Both the position numbers and the translations under genes were made by a program. The notes beneath the pieces are model-generated. The model was not told the origin of the DNA, did no database searches, and was given only the letters and a program-made list of their open reading frames with translations. Shown here piece by piece: positions 30,656-50,461 of a DNA stretch of 64,000 nt. The stretch is from Escherichia coli (lineage in GTDB: Bacteria > Pseudomonadota > Gammaproteobacteria > Enterobacterales > Enterobacteriaceae), in the NCBI RefSeq assembly GCF_003790525.1, contig NZ_CP033635.1; one strand, 5' to 3'. How positions within the stretch are numbered: position 1 is the stretch's first letter; every line of letters begins with the position of its first letter.

Positions 30656-31378
30656 ATGGGTAAAGCCCAACCCTTGCCAATATTAATTACTGGCGGTGGT
30701 CGTCGCATCGGCCTCGCCCTCGCATGGCATTTCATTAATCAAAAGCAACCGGTGATTATCAGCTATCGGACGCACTATCCCGCCATTGATGGACTTATTA
30801 ACGCAGGTGCGCAGTGTATTCAGGCTGATTTTTCGACCAACGACGGTGTGATGGCGTTTGCCGATGAAGTACTAAAAAGCACCCATGGCCTGCGTGCTAT
30901 TTTGCATAACGCCAGCGCGTGGATGGCAGAAAAACCAGGTACATCACTGACCGACGTACTGGCTTGCATGATGCAGATCCACGTTAATACCCCATACCTA
31001 CTCAACCATGCACTGGAAAGATTACTGCGTGGGCACGGACACGCCGCCAGCGATATCATTCACTTTACCGATTATGTGGTGGAGCGCGGTAGCGACAAAC
31101 ATATTGCCTATGCTGCAAGCAAAGCGGCACTGGATAATATGACCCGCTCGTTTGCCCGCAAGCTGGCACCGGAAGTGAAAGTGAATTCTATTGCGCCATC
31201 GCTAATCCTGTTTAATGAACATGATGATGCCGAATATCGACAACAGGCGCTGAATAAATCACTGATGAAAACCGCGCCTGGCGAGAAAGAAGTGATCGAC
31301 CTGGTCGATTACTTACTTACCAGCTGCTTTGTCACCGGACGCAGTTTCCCTCTTGATGGCGGTCGTCATCTGCGTTAA
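30656..31378 (+). CDS. folM: Dihydromonapterin/dihydrofolate reductase (SDR), 240 aa
   Basis: ILITGGGRRIGLALAWHF Rossmann motif; synteny. Confidence 0.85.
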   Translation: MGKAQPLPILITGGGRRIGLALAWHFINQKQPVIISYRTHYPAIDGLINAGAQCIQADFSTNDGVMAFADEVLKSTHGLRAILHNASAWMAEKPGTSLTDVLACMMQIHVNTPYLLNHALERLLRGHGHAASDIIHFTDYVVERGSDKHIAYAASKAALDNMTRSFARKLAPEVKVNSIAPSLILFNEHDDAEYRQQALNKSLMKTAPGEKEVIDLVDYLLTSCFVTGRSFPLDGGRHLR

Positions 31379-31710
31379 TGCAGCTTTATCCAGCATATAA
31401 TCAACACCCATGCGCTTATCCCCCAACACGCAACAGAACCAACAAAAGCGGCGGGCAAGCGCATCATTCCGGTGAAATACCACAGCGACGCCAGGTAAAC
31501 AAAATAGGGAATAATCGACCACATACTAAAAATGATGGTTGCGCGTAAGGCTTCAATGCCGCGTTCGCTGGCAACAATATAATGCGCGATAAGCGCAAAG
31601 GTCGGGAAAAGTGGAATCAGCCCGGCGATATAATAATTTTTCGTTTTTGCTAAAACACCAATCAACAGCACTACCAGCGCACCGAGCGCGGCTTTGATTA
31701 CCAGCCCCAT
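31375..31710 (-). CDS. ydgC: GlpM-family inner-membrane protein, 111 aa
   Basis: MGLVIKAALGALVVLLIGVLAKTKNYYIAG…. Confidence 0.8.
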   Translation of the reverse strand: MGLVIKAALGALVVLLIGVLAKTKNYYIAGLIPLFPTFALIAHYIVASERGIEALRATIIFSMWSIIPYFVYLASLWYFTGMMRLPAAFVGSVACWGISAWVLIICWIKLH

Positions 31711-31838
31711 CTTTTTACCTTAACACTTCCATAACAAGTCATCAGTAGAATACCTGATGAAACCTTGTTTAGAAACGATTGATAGTAAGTAAAAACAGTG
31801 CGGTGTATTGTGACGTTTTTATATCTACCGTGAATGTT

Positions 31839-32558
31839 ATGAACACTATCGTATTTGTGGAAGATGATGCGGAAGTCGGTGCACTGATTGCCGCATACCT
31901 GGCAAAACATGATATGCAGGTTACCGTAGAGCCGCGCGGCGACCGGGCCGAAGAAACTATTCTGCGAGAAAATCCGGATTTGGTGTTACTCGACATCATG
32001 CTACCAGGCAAGGACGGCATGACCATTTGTCGTGATTTACGCGCAAAGTGGTCCGGACCGATTGTTCTTCTAACCTCTCTCGATAGCGATATGAACCACA
32101 TCCTGGCACTGGAAATGGGCGCCTGCGACTATATTCTCAAAACGACGCCCCCTGCTGTTTTGCTAGCGCGTTTACGTTTGCATTTGCGTCAGAATGAGCA
32201 AGCCACAGTGACCAAAGGTATTCAGGAAACGTCTCTGACTCCCTACAAAGCCCTGCATTTCGGCACGTTGACCATCGATCCCATCAACCGCGTAGTCACC
32301 CTGGCTAACACTGAAATCTCGCTCTCGACAGCTGATTTCGAATTATTGTGGGAATTAGCTACCCATGCCGGGCAAATCATGGACCGCGATGCATTGCTGA
32401 AAAATTTACGCGGCGTCAGTTATGACGGTCTGGATCGTAGCGTGGACGTGGCTATTTCGCGGTTAAGAAAAAAACTGCTCGATAACGCCGCAGAACCTTA
32501 TCGTATTAAAACCGTGCGTAACAAAGGCTATCTTTTTGCGCCTCATGCGTGGGAATAA
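31839..32558 (+). CDS. rstA: OmpR-family response regulator, 239 aa
   Basis: MNTIVFVEDDAEVGALIAAYL… The ORF-track start at 31779 is an upstream extension. Confidence 0.85.
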   Translation: MNTIVFVEDDAEVGALIAAYLAKHDMQVTVEPRGDRAEETILRENPDLVLLDIMLPGKDGMTICRDLRAKWSGPIVLLTSLDSDMNHILALEMGACDYILKTTPPAVLLARLRLHLRQNEQATVTKGIQETSLTPYKALHFGTLTIDPINRVVTLANTEISLSTADFELLWELATHAGQIMDRDALLKNLRGVSYDGLDRSVDVAISRLRKKLLDNAAEPYRIKTVRNKGYLFAPHAWE

Positions 32559-32561
32559 GCG

Positions 32562-33863
32562 ATGAAAAAACTGTTTATCCAGTTTTACCTGTTATTGTTT
32601 GTCTGCTTCCTTGTGATGTCTCTGCTGGTCGGGCTGGTGTACAAATTTACCGCCGAACGCGCAGGCAAACAGTCGCTGGATGATTTGATGAACAGTTCGC
32701 TGTATCTGATGCGCAGCGAATTGCGTGAGATCCCCCCACACGACTGGGGTAAGACGCTGAAAGAGATGGATTTAAATCTCTCTTTCGATCTGCGTGTCGA
32801 GCCGCTGAGTAAATACCATCTTGATGATATTTCCATGCACCGGCTGCGTGGCGGCGAAATTGTCGCTCTGGACGATCAGTACACCTTTTTGCAACGTATC
32901 CCGCGCAGCCACTACGTGCTGGCAGTTGGTCCTGTTCCTTATCTTTATTACCTCCATCAGATGCGATTACTGGATATCGCCCTGATCGCTTTTATTGCTA
33001 TTTCCCTCGCCTTTCCGGTGTTTATCTGGATGCGTCCGCACTGGCAGGATATGTTAAAACTGGAAGCAGCGGCGCAACGATTTGGCGATGGGCATCTCAA
33101 TGAACGTATCCACTTTGATGAGGGTTCGAGCTTTGAACGACTTGGTGTTGCATTTAACCAGATGGCGGACAATATCAACGCCTTGATTGCCAGCAAAAAA
33201 CAGCTTATTGACGGTATCGCTCACGAACTGCGAACACCGTTAGTGCGCCTGCGTTATCGACTGGAGATGAGCGATAACCTGAGCGCCGCCGAATCCCAGG
33301 CGTTGAACCGCGATATCAGTCAACTTGAAGCTTTAATTGAAGAGCTTCTGACTTATGCCCGACTCGATCGCCCACAAAATGAGCTTCATCTTAGCGAACC
33401 AGACCTGCCGTTGTGGCTGTCAACGCATCTGGCAGATATTCAGGCAGTAACGCCCGATAAAACGGTACGGATAAAAACGCTCATGCAAGGCCATTATGCG
33501 GCGTTGGATATGCGCTTAATGGAGCGCGTGCTGGATAATTTGCTCAATAACGCCCTGCGCTACTGTCATTCAACGGTTGAAACCAGCCTGCTACTGTCGG
33601 GGAATAGAGCGACATTAATTGTTGAGGATGATGGCCCAGGGATTGCCCCAGAAAACCGCGAACATATCTTTGAACCTTTTGTTCGCCTCGATCCCAGCCG
33701 GGATCGCTCAACCGGCGGCTGCGGGCTGGGGCTGGCAATTGTCCACTCTATAGCACTGGCAATGGGCGGTACGGTTAATTGTGACACCAGCGAACTGGGT
33801 GGTGCCCGCTTCTCGTTTAGCTGGCCGTTATGGCATAACATCCCGCAATTTACCTCTGCCTGA
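32562..33863 (+). CDS. rstB: Sensor histidine kinase, 433 aa
   Basis: HAMP domain plus H-box IAHELRTPL, then G-boxes. Confidence 0.85.
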   Translation: MKKLFIQFYLLLFVCFLVMSLLVGLVYKFTAERAGKQSLDDLMNSSLYLMRSELREIPPHDWGKTLKEMDLNLSFDLRVEPLSKYHLDDISMHRLRGGEIVALDDQYTFLQRIPRSHYVLAVGPVPYLYYLHQMRLLDIALIAFIAISLAFPVFIWMRPHWQDMLKLEAAAQRFGDGHLNERIHFDEGSSFERLGVAFNQMADNINALIASKKQLIDGIAHELRTPLVRLRYRLEMSDNLSAAESQALNRDISQLEALIEELLTYARLDRPQNELHLSEPDLPLWLSTHLADIQAVTPDKTVRIKTLMQGHYAALDMRLMERVLDNLLNNALRYCHSTVETSLLLSGNRATLIVEDDGPGIAPENREHIFEPFVRLDPSRDRSTGGCGLGLAIVHSIALAMGGTVNCDTSELGGARFSFSWPLWHNIPQFTSA

Positions 33864-33905
33864 CACTATGCGCACGGTGGTCAAGTCACCACCATTGTGC
33901 TATAA

Positions 33906-36268
<2,363 letters not shown>

Positions 36269-36382
36269 GGCCTGCTCCTCACCTGATTAATTTTTTCTTT
36301 CTGTTTTGCTTTCGTTAAGCAACTTTTAGCTCACTCATTATTTACTATTTGATAACAAATGTTTGGTCTTTCGTGCCATGTA

Positions 36383-36410
36383 AAAAAACCGCCCCGAAGG
36401 GCGGCTCTGT
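36383..36410 (-). terminator. Rho-independent terminator after fumA (GCCGCCCTTCGGGGCGGTTTTTTT on the minus strand)
   Basis: GC hairpin plus T7 immediately after the fumA stop. Confidence 0.5.
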
Positions 36411-38057
36411 TTATTTCACACAGCGGGTGCACTGTGTGAGTTGTATCTGCTGGAAGAAGTCATTTCCTTTATCATCCACAAGGATAAATGCCGGGAAATC
36501 TTCCACTTCAATTTTCCAGATGGCTTCCATTCCCAGTTCCGGATATTCAACACATTCCAGGCTCTTAATACTACCCTGCGCCAATACAGCGGCCGGACCA
36601 CCGATACTGCCAAGGTAGAAACCGCCGTGTTTTTTACAGGCATCCGTCACCTGCTGGCTGCGGTTGCCTTTCGCCAGCATGATCATACTTCCTCCCTGCG
36701 CTTGCAGTTGATCGACATAAGAATCCATCCGTCCGGCGGTCGTTGGGCCAAGAGAACCGGAGGCATAACCTTCCGGCGTTTTGGCCGGACCCGCATAGTA
36801 AATCGGATGATCTTTGATGTACTGCGGCAGCCCTTCACCGTTATCCATCCGCTCTTTCAGTTTGGCGTGAGCAATATCACGACCGACGATAATCGTGCCA
36901 TTCAGCGATAAGCGTGTAGAAACGGGATACTGCGACAACTGTGCGAGGATCTCTTTCATCGGACGGTTAAGGTCAACGCGCACCGCTTCGCCTTCTCCCG
37001 CTTTGCGCAGCTCTTCCGGGATATATTTTCCTGGATTATGTTCCAGTTTTTCGATCCAGATCCCCTGACGGTTGATCTTCGCTTTGATATTACGGTCAGC
37101 AGAACAGGAGACGCCCATACCGACCGGGCAGGATGCGCCGTGACGTGGCAGGCGAATCACGCGGATGTCGTGAGCGAAGTATTTACCACCAAACTGCGCA
37201 CCCAGACCAAGATTTTGCGCTTCGATCAGCAATTCTTTTTCCAGTTCCACATCGCGGAACGCCTGTCCGTGCTCATTCCCTTCCGTTGGCAGTTCATCAT
37301 AGTATTTAGCGGAAGCCAGTTTCACCGTTTTAAGGTTCGTTTCTGCAGAAGTTCCACCAATAACGAACGCAATATGATACGGAGGACAGGCCGCCGTACC
37401 CAGCGTGCGCATCTTCTCAACCAGGTAATTTTTCAGTTTCCCCGGCGTTAGTAACGCTTTGGTTTCCTGATACAGATACGTCTTGTTTGCCGAACCGCCA
37501 CCTTTGGCGATACAGAGGAATTTGTACTCGTCGCCATCAACGGCATAAAGATCGATCTGCGCTGGTAGATTGGTGCCGGTATTCACCTCTTTATACATAT
37601 CCAGCGGCGCGTTTTGCGAGTAGCGCAGATTATCTTCGATATAAGTGTTATAGACACCGCGTGCCAGCGCCGCTTCATCACCGCCACCGGTCCATACACG
37701 CTGCCCTTTTTTACCAACAATAATCGCGGTGCCGGTATCCTGACAGGTCGGCAGAATGCCTTTCGCCGCGATGTCGGAGTTACGCAGGAATTGCAGCGCC
37801 ACATATTTATCATTTTCGCTGGCTTCCGGGTCACGCAGAATGTCGGCCACCTGTTGTTGGTGAGCCGGACGCAGCATAAATGACGCATCATGAAACGCTT
37901 GACGCGCCAACAGAGTTAACGCTTCGGGTGCGACTTTCAAAATCTCCTGCCCTTCAAATTCAGATACGCTAACGTGTTCGCTGGTTAGCAGGTAATACTC
38001 AGTATCATCTTTTTTGAGTGGAAAAGGAGCCTGATAATGAAAGGGTTTGTTTGACAT
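36411..38057 (-). CDS. fumA: Class I (Fe-S) fumarate hydratase, 548 aa
   Basis: [31 protein letters not shown]…. Confidence 0.9.
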   Translation of the reverse strand: MSNKPFHYQAPFPLKKDDTEYYLLTSEHVSVSEFEGQEILKVAPEALTLLARQAFHDASFMLRPAHQQQVADILRDPEASENDKYVALQFLRNSDIAAKGILPTCQDTGTAIIVGKKGQRVWTGGGDEAALARGVYNTYIEDNLRYSQNAPLDMYKEVNTGTNLPAQIDLYAVDGDEYKFLCIAKGGGSANKTYLYQETKALLTPGKLKNYLVEKMRTLGTAACPPYHIAFVIGGTSAETNLKTVKLASAKYYDELPTEGNEHGQAFRDVELEKELLIEAQNLGLGAQFGGKYFAHDIRVIRLPRHGASCPVGMGVSCSADRNIKAKINRQGIWIEKLEHNPGKYIPEELRKAGEGEAVRVDLNRPMKEILAQLSQYPVSTRLSLNGTIIVGRDIAHAKLKERMDNGEGLPQYIKDHPIYYAGPAKTPEGYASGSLGPTTAGRMDSYVDQLQAQGGSMIMLAKGNRSQQVTDACKKHGGFYLGSIGGPAAVLAQGSIKSLECVEYPELGMEAIWKIEVEDFPAFILVDDKGNDFFQQIQLTQCTRCVK

Positions 38058-38255
38058 TGTTCTCTCACTTACTGCCTGGTTTGGTTATGCTCTGGGCGGG
38101 TGTTCCGTTGCCCTGTTAAAAGCGAGTAACAATATCCTACACACTTTTTTAACAAAAACTGAGACTAGTACGACTTTTTGCGGCTCCAGGTTACTTCCCG
38201 TAGGATTCTTGCTTTAATAGCGGGATTAATTTCCACATTAAAACAGGGATTGATC

Positions 38256-39431
38256 ATGCAAAAACTCATTAACTCAGTGCAAAACTATGCCTGGGGCAGC
38301 AAAACGGCGTTGACTGAACTTTATGGTATGGAAAATCCGTCCAGCCAGCCGATGGCCGAGCTGTGGATGGGCGCACATCCGAAAAGCAGTTCACGAGTGC
38401 AGAATGCCGCCGGAGATATCGTTTCACTGCGTGATGTGATTGAGAGTGATAAAGCGACTCTTTTGGGAGATGCCGTTGCCAAACGCTTTGGCGAACTGCC
38501 TTTCCTGTTCAAAGTATTATGCGCAGCACAGCCGCTCTCCATTCAGGTTCATCCAAACAAACGCAATTCTGAAATCGGTTTTGCCAAAGAAAATGCCGCA
38601 GGTATTCCGATGGATGCCGCCGAGCGTAACTATAAAGATCCTAACCACAAGCCGGAGCTGGTTTTTGCGCTGACGCCTTTCCTTGCGATGAACGCGTTTC
38701 GTGAGTTTTCCGAGATTGTCTCCCTGCTCCAGCCGGTCGCAGGTGCACATCCGGCGATTGCTCACTTTTTACAACAGCCTGATGCCGAACGTTTAAGCGA
38801 ACTGTTCGCCAGCCTGTTGAATATGCAGGGTGAAGAAAAATCCCGCGCGCTGGCGATTTTAAAATCGGCCCTCGACAGCCAGCAGGGTGAACCGTGGCAA
38901 ACGATTCGTTTAATTTCTGAATTTTACCCGGATGACAGCGGTCTGTTCTCCCCGCTGTTGCTGAATGTGGTGAAATTGAATCCTGGCGAAGCGATGTTCC
39001 TGTTCGCTGAAACGCCGCACGCTTACCTGCAAGGCGTGGCGCTGGAAGTGATGGCGAACTCCGATAACGTGCTGCGTGCGGGTCTGACGCCTAAATATAT
39101 TGATATTCCGGAACTGGTTGCCAATGTGAAGTTCGAAGCCAAACCGGCTAACCAGTTGTTGACCCAGCCGGTGAAACAAGGTGCAGAACTGGACTTCCCG
39201 ATTCCTGTGGATGATTTTGCCTTCTCGCTGCATGACCTTAGTGATAAAGAAACCACCATTAGCCAGCAGAGTGCCGCCATTTTGTTCTGCGTCGAAGGCG
39301 ATGCAACGCTGTGTAAAGGTTCTCAGCAGTTACAGCTTAAACCGGGTGAATCAGCGTTTATTGCCGCCAACGAATCACCGGTGACTGTCAAAGGCCACGG
39401 TCGTTTAGCGCGTGTTTACAACAAGCTGTAA
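38256..39431 (+). CDS. manA: Mannose-6-phosphate isomerase, 391 aa
   Basis: MQKLINSVQNYAWGSKTALTELYG… The ORF-track start at 38178 is an upstream extension. Confidence 0.9.
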   Translation: MQKLINSVQNYAWGSKTALTELYGMENPSSQPMAELWMGAHPKSSSRVQNAAGDIVSLRDVIESDKATLLGDAVAKRFGELPFLFKVLCAAQPLSIQVHPNKRNSEIGFAKENAAGIPMDAAERNYKDPNHKPELVFALTPFLAMNAFREFSEIVSLLQPVAGAHPAIAHFLQQPDAERLSELFASLLNMQGEEKSRALAILKSALDSQQGEPWQTIRLISEFYPDDSGLFSPLLLNVVKLNPGEAMFLFAETPHAYLQGVALEVMANSDNVLRAGLTPKYIDIPELVANVKFEAKPANQLLTQPVKQGAELDFPIPVDDFAFSLHDLSDKETTISQQSAAILFCVEGDATLCKGSQQLQLKPGESAFIAANESPVTVKGHGRLARVYNKL

Positions 39432-39531
39432 GAGCTTACTGAAAAAATTAACATCTCTTGCTAAGCTTATTAAAGGCTTATAACACCTTCAGGCGGCCAG
39501 TCCGCCTGATTTCATTTTATGGATAATCATT

Positions 39532-41040
39532 ATGAATAAATCGCTGGTAGCGGTAGGCGTCATTGTTGCGCTAGGCGTAGTCTGGACAGGCGGCGCATGG
39601 TATACAGGCAAGAAGATTGAAACCCATCTCGAAGACATGGTCGCGCAGGCGAACGCGCAACTCAAACTGACCGCTCCTGAATCCAACCTGGAAGTGAGTT
39701 ATCAAAACTATCATCGCGGCGTATTCAGCAGTCAGCTGCAACTGTTGGTGAAACCCATTGCCGGGAAAGAAAATCCGTGGATTAAAAGCGGTCAGAGCGT
39801 CATCTTCAACGAATCGGTTGATCATGGTCCCTTCCCCCTTGCCCAGCTAAAAAAACTGAACCTGCTCCCGTCGATGGCATCAATTCAAACCACGCTGGTT
39901 AATAACGAAGTTAGCAAGCCACTGTTTGATATGGCAAAAGGTGAAACGCCTTTTGAGATTAACTCCCGCATTGGTTACAGCGGAGATTCCAGTTCCGATA
40001 TTTCGCTCAAGCCGCTGAATTACGAGCAAAAGGATGAAAAAGTCGCCTTTAGCGGCGGCGAGTTCCAGTTAAATGCGGACAGAGACGGCAAAGCTATCTC
40101 CCTTTCCGGAGAGGCGCAAAGTGGTCGGATAGACGCAGTTAACGAATACAACCAGAAAGTGCAGTTGACCTTTAATAATCTGAAAACCGACGGTTCCAGC
40201 ACGCTGGCAAGTTTTGGTGAGCGCGTAGGAAACCAAAAACTGTCACTGGAAAAAATGACCATTTCAGTGGAAGGCAAAGAACTGGCACTGCTGGAAGGCA
40301 TGGAGATCAGCGGTAAATCGGATCTGGTCAATGACGGTAAAACGATCAATAGCCAACTGGATTACTCGCTAAACAGCCTGAAGGTACAGAATCAGGATCT
40401 GGGCAGTGGCAAGCTGACTTTAAAAGTCGGCCAGATTGATGGTGAAGCCTGGCATCAGTTTAGCCAGCAATATAACGCGCAAACTCAGGCGCTGCTGGCA
40501 CAGCCAGAAATTGCCAACAATCCCGAACTTTATCAGGAGAAAGTGACGGAAGCCTTCTTTAGCGCCCTGCCGCTGATGTTGAAAGGCGATCCGGTGATTA
40601 CTATCGCGCCGCTAAGCTGGAAAAACAGTCAGGGTGAAAGTGCGCTGAATCTGTCGCTGTTCCTGAAAGATCCGGCAACGACTAAAGAAGCGCCGCAAAC
40701 GCTGACGCAGGAAGTAGATCGTTCGGTTAAATCTCTGGATGCGAAACTGACCATTCCGGTGGATATGGCAACTGAGTTGATGACTCAGGTAGCGAAGCTG
40801 GAAGGTTATCAGGAAGATCAAGCGAAAAAACTGGCGAAACAGCAAGTTGAAGGTGCATCAGCAATGGGGCAGATGTTCCGTCTGACCACCTTGCAGGACA
40901 ATACCATCACCACCAGCCTGCAATATGCTAACGGTCAGATAACGTTAAACGGGCAGAAAATGCCACTGGAAGATTTCGTGGGTATGTTTGCGATGCCGAC
41001 ATTAAACGTTCCGGCTGTACCCGCTATTCCGCAGCAGTAA
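39532..41040 (+). CDS. ydgA: DUF945-family periplasmic/membrane-anchored protein, 502 aa
   Basis: MNKSLVAVGVIVALGVVWTGGAWYTGKK… synteny. Confidence 0.85.
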   Translation: MNKSLVAVGVIVALGVVWTGGAWYTGKKIETHLEDMVAQANAQLKLTAPESNLEVSYQNYHRGVFSSQLQLLVKPIAGKENPWIKSGQSVIFNESVDHGPFPLAQLKKLNLLPSMASIQTTLVNNEVSKPLFDMAKGETPFEINSRIGYSGDSSSDISLKPLNYEQKDEKVAFSGGEFQLNADRDGKAISLSGEAQSGRIDAVNEYNQKVQLTFNNLKTDGSSTLASFGERVGNQKLSLEKMTISVEGKELALLEGMEISGKSDLVNDGKTINSQLDYSLNSLKVQNQDLGSGKLTLKVGQIDGEAWHQFSQQYNAQTQALLAQPEIANNPELYQEKVTEAFFSALPLMLKGDPVITIAPLSWKNSQGESALNLSLFLKDPATTKEAPQTLTQEVDRSVKSLDAKLTIPVDMATELMTQVAKLEGYQEDQAKKLAKQQVEGASAMGQMFRLTTLQDNTITTSLQYANGQITLNGQKMPLEDFVGMFAMPTLNVPAVPAIPQQ

Positions 41041-41084
41041 TTCACAGCCAAAACGCCGGAGATTTTTCTCTCCGGCGTTTTTTC

Positions 41085-42350
41085 TTACTTCAGCATAAAG
41101 TCATACTGAATACTCATTTTCACATCCCAGTAATTCAGGCGATCGCCCAGCGTACTGCCATCGCGCTTTTCCCGCCCTTTATCGGCAGCAAGAAAGAAAT
41201 TCATCCCTTGTAACGGCCCTTCGCTGACCCGATAGTTCATACCCCCTAAGATACCCGCGCCTTCAATCCGCACATCTCGTTTACTGGATTCATAGCCGCG
41301 GGTCACAATCGGTGCAAATGTCAGCGTAAATTGCGGAGTTAAACGATAGTTGACGCCCAATTGCCAGGACTGCATTCCTTCACGGTTACGATCAAGACTT
41401 AATGAAAAGGGATAGCCAATGTCGGTGTCCACCACGGCACCATTCATTGCATGGCGCAAATAACCACCACTGCCAAATACGCTTCCCCACGGCGCATTCC
41501 AGGTCAATTGTCCACTAACCAACGCCGTTTCATTGGGCTGGCTGGTATTACGACTTAAACCTTCGAGTTGCGCGTAAAAGCCGAGCAACTCCCCTTTCAA
41601 CGTATAATTCGGGTCGAGCGGTATGCTTTTCTCGAGAATACTTTGTAACTGATTGGAAACATCTTTCTGTACCGATGCCCCCAGAGAATAGCGACTGGTA
41701 TCATCATGCCAACTGGCGGCTAAAAAAGAACGTGCGCGATGTTTATCGTATTTTCCCGTCTGGCTGTTATACACCCCTTCATCACGAATACCGGTTGTTG
41801 AATCGGTCCATAAAAATACTCGTGAACGCCACATTCCCCACAGATCAATATTTGGCGTTAAAGCCCAATAACCTAATGCTCCTTCAGAAACTGTCGGTAA
41901 TGTACGTTGCGAACTGCCAGCCATTAACGGAATACGATAAGGTAAGCTACCATAACTATAATCCGTCCCGAAGCGACCTAATTTAAGCAGACTACTTTCA
42001 CTGGGTTTTATTTTTACTGCCCCCAGGGCAAAGCCAAAACTTTTATCACCATCAAGATACCACCGGGTACTCATATCAGCACGAGCACCTAATTTATAAA
42101 CATAATACGCCCCGCCTTCAACGCCAATAATATTGGAATAGTAACCACTATTGAAATCGAGCAATCCTCCCTGTACCCATGCGTAAATATCTCTTCCCGC
42201 GCCAGCACTGGGCTTATCAGCCCTGCGTAATTCATTTTTCAGTCTGATGCGTAGTCCCGCTTCATCGTCAGCCAGTTGCGCCGCATAAGCAGAGGTAAGG
42301 CCAGAGGCAGCCGTCAGGCAAATAACGGCCATGGCCACTATTTTTCTCAT
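41085..42350 (-). CDS. uidC: Outer-membrane glucuronide porin, 421 aa
   Basis: Signal peptide, beta-barrel-like composition, C-terminal …YDFMLK. Confidence 0.85.
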   Translation of the reverse strand: MRKIVAMAVICLTAASGLTSAYAAQLADDEAGLRIRLKNELRRADKPSAGAGRDIYAWVQGGLLDFNSGYYSNIIGVEGGAYYVYKLGARADMSTRWYLDGDKSFGFALGAVKIKPSESSLLKLGRFGTDYSYGSLPYRIPLMAGSSQRTLPTVSEGALGYWALTPNIDLWGMWRSRVFLWTDSTTGIRDEGVYNSQTGKYDKHRARSFLAASWHDDTSRYSLGASVQKDVSNQLQSILEKSIPLDPNYTLKGELLGFYAQLEGLSRNTSQPNETALVSGQLTWNAPWGSVFGSGGYLRHAMNGAVVDTDIGYPFSLSLDRNREGMQSWQLGVNYRLTPQFTLTFAPIVTRGYESSKRDVRIEGAGILGGMNYRVSEGPLQGMNFFLAADKGREKRDGSTLGDRLNYWDVKMSIQYDFMLK

Positions 42351-42388
42351 AGTTGCACCTTTGATGTTCTGATTATTTTTATTGAATA

Positions 42389-45621
<3,233 letters not shown>

Positions 45622-45959
45622 TTAACCAATTCTGTGTTGCACACAGTTATCTGTGAGAAACCCACGGAAGAGAAATGGAAATAAAAAGAACTGACACCGC
45701 GATCAAAAAACCAAAAACTGCAATACCCACAGCGTGATATTGATCGCATTAATCTTTAAAACAGCGTTGACAGAAGCCACAAAATAAGCAATCGAACGTT
45801 CGTTCGAACATATTGGGAACGATAAACCCTCATGATATATTGCTACGATGAATATTTAGGTGGGATTCTCCGATCCCGGGGAGGATGATTTTTGCACAGA
45901 GAAATTACGATATGAAACGCGGGCTCAGTTGTCACCAGCCCGCGGAAAGAGAGAGAGGA

Positions 45960-46547
45960 TCAGGATGCGGTTAATATACCGCCAATCATCGCGCGTAATC
46001 CCTGAGCAAACGACGCTTCACGCGCCAGATCTTCCGCTTCGATATCGGCCAGTACACCGTAGGTCAGATCCAGCAGTAAACGTGAAGTCATTGCCGTGTT
46101 GATATCTGGGCTTATCTCGCCTTTTTGCTGGGCATCACGCATCCGCTGGGCAACAAATTCCGTGATCGTCATATGCTTATTTTTAAGCATGGCGGCGACC
46201 TGTGGGTTACGCATCCCTTCCGCCATAATTTCGACCACCAGCGCCCGTTGCCCAAAGGCTTCATGGGTGAGAGAGACAATAGACTCGACCATATAGTCAA
46301 CGAAATGAATCCCTTCAATCGGTTCCCGGAAACGGGCCAGCGCCCTCTCCTGGTCCTGTAAGATAATCGCCTGAATCAGGGCTTCTTTGGAGATGAAATG
46401 GTGATAGAGCGTCCCGGGACTAATGGCGCAAGATTTACAGATGGCTTTCATCGAGGCACTGTGAAATCCATTTTCTGAAAAAATCTCTCTGGCAGCATTG
46501 AGGATCCGGGTCCGTGTCGGTTGTGCTTCAGTTTGCATGTTATCCAT
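45960..46547 (-). CDS. uidR: TetR-family repressor of the uid operon, 195 aa
   Basis: N-terminal TetR HTH (TRTRILNAAREIFSENGFHSASMKAICKSCAISPGTLYHHF). Confidence 0.85.
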   Translation of the reverse strand: MDNMQTEAQPTRTRILNAAREIFSENGFHSASMKAICKSCAISPGTLYHHFISKEALIQAIILQDQERALARFREPIEGIHFVDYMVESIVSLTHEAFGQRALVVEIMAEGMRNPQVAAMLKNKHMTITEFVAQRMRDAQQKGEISPDINTAMTSRLLLDLTYGVLADIEAEDLAREASFAQGLRAMIGGILTAS

Positions 46548-46777
46548 CGTTAACCAATATAGTTAGCATGAATAACTAGTTTACCGCGTTGTCCGGTGAG
46601 CGCCTATCATTGCTGTTGAATAGTGCGAAGGCACACTCAATTCGTAAGCTTTTTATCCAGATATTGGTTAACCAATAGCCGTGATTTGGCTGCCAGTTGT
46701 TTAGCAGAGACGTTGATGAGTTGCACACGCTATCCCGGTAAACAACACATACGGCTGTTTACCGGTTCGTTAGTGTA

Positions 46778-47545
46778 TTAATTGAGCTCCTGTACCCCAC
46801 CACCGGAGACGGTGAGAATTTGTCCGCTTACCCAGCTGGCTGCAGGCGAGCAAAGGAACAGCGCCGCGTTAGCTATATCTTGCGGTTGGCCCAGACGTCT
46901 GATTGGTGTGTGTTGCAACATTTTCTGTTCAATTTCTGGTGTAATAACGGATTTCAGGGCATCGGTTAATATTGCCCCCGGCGCAATGCCATTCACCCGA
47001 ATATTTTTTTCACCAAGGTCAAACGCCATATTTCTGACCAGATGACTGGCCGCAGCTTTAGATGATGCATAGGAGGTCATGTTTATATTTTTATTTTCTG
47101 CCGCCATAGAAGTAATGGTCAAAATAACGCCACCGCCATTTTTTTCCATTTCTGGCGCAACAAGTTGTGACAGATGGAAAAAAGAAAATACATTCAGTTC
47201 ATAAGCGCGGCGAAAATCTGCCATTGGCATATCAAACGGTTTAGGACCACCGCCACCGGCGTTGTTAACCAGGATATCAACTTTACCCAACTTACTGACG
47301 GCAAAGTCTGCCAGTGCAGAGAGTTCCTGTTCGGAAGTAATATCGCAGCGGCAGGCAAATGCCTGACCACCCAGTTGTTGAATTTCATTTACAACATGAT
47401 TAGCTGCATCGGCATTAATATCACTGACCACCACAGATGCGCCAGCTGTCGCGAATGTAATGGCAATTTCTTTACCAATACCTGCACCCGCACCTGTGAT
47501 GATGGCGCATTTTCCGTCGAGTCTCAGGTTGTCAGAATTAAACAC
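46778..47545 (-). CDS. hdhA: 7-alpha-hydroxysteroid dehydrogenase (SDR), 255 aa
   Basis: MFNSDNLRLDGKCAIITGAGAGIGKEIA… YxxxK active site. Confidence 0.85.
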   Translation of the reverse strand: MFNSDNLRLDGKCAIITGAGAGIGKEIAITFATAGASVVVSDINADAANHVVNEIQQLGGQAFACRCDITSEQELSALADFAVSKLGKVDILVNNAGGGGPKPFDMPMADFRRAYELNVFSFFHLSQLVAPEMEKNGGGVILTITSMAAENKNINMTSYASSKAAASHLVRNMAFDLGEKNIRVNGIAPGAILTDALKSVITPEIEQKMLQHTPIRRLGQPQDIANAALFLCSPAASWVSGQILTVSGGGVQELN

Positions 47546-47656
47546 ATAAACCTCCTGTGAACTTCAGTAAAAATAAAAGGCACCGCCTGTGTGCCACATT
47601 TTTTATCATTAACCTTGAGGAAAGGACTCTACCAGGTATAGCAGATAAAGAGAGGA

Positions 47657-50452
<2,796 letters not shown>

Positions 50453-50461
50453 GGATAAGAT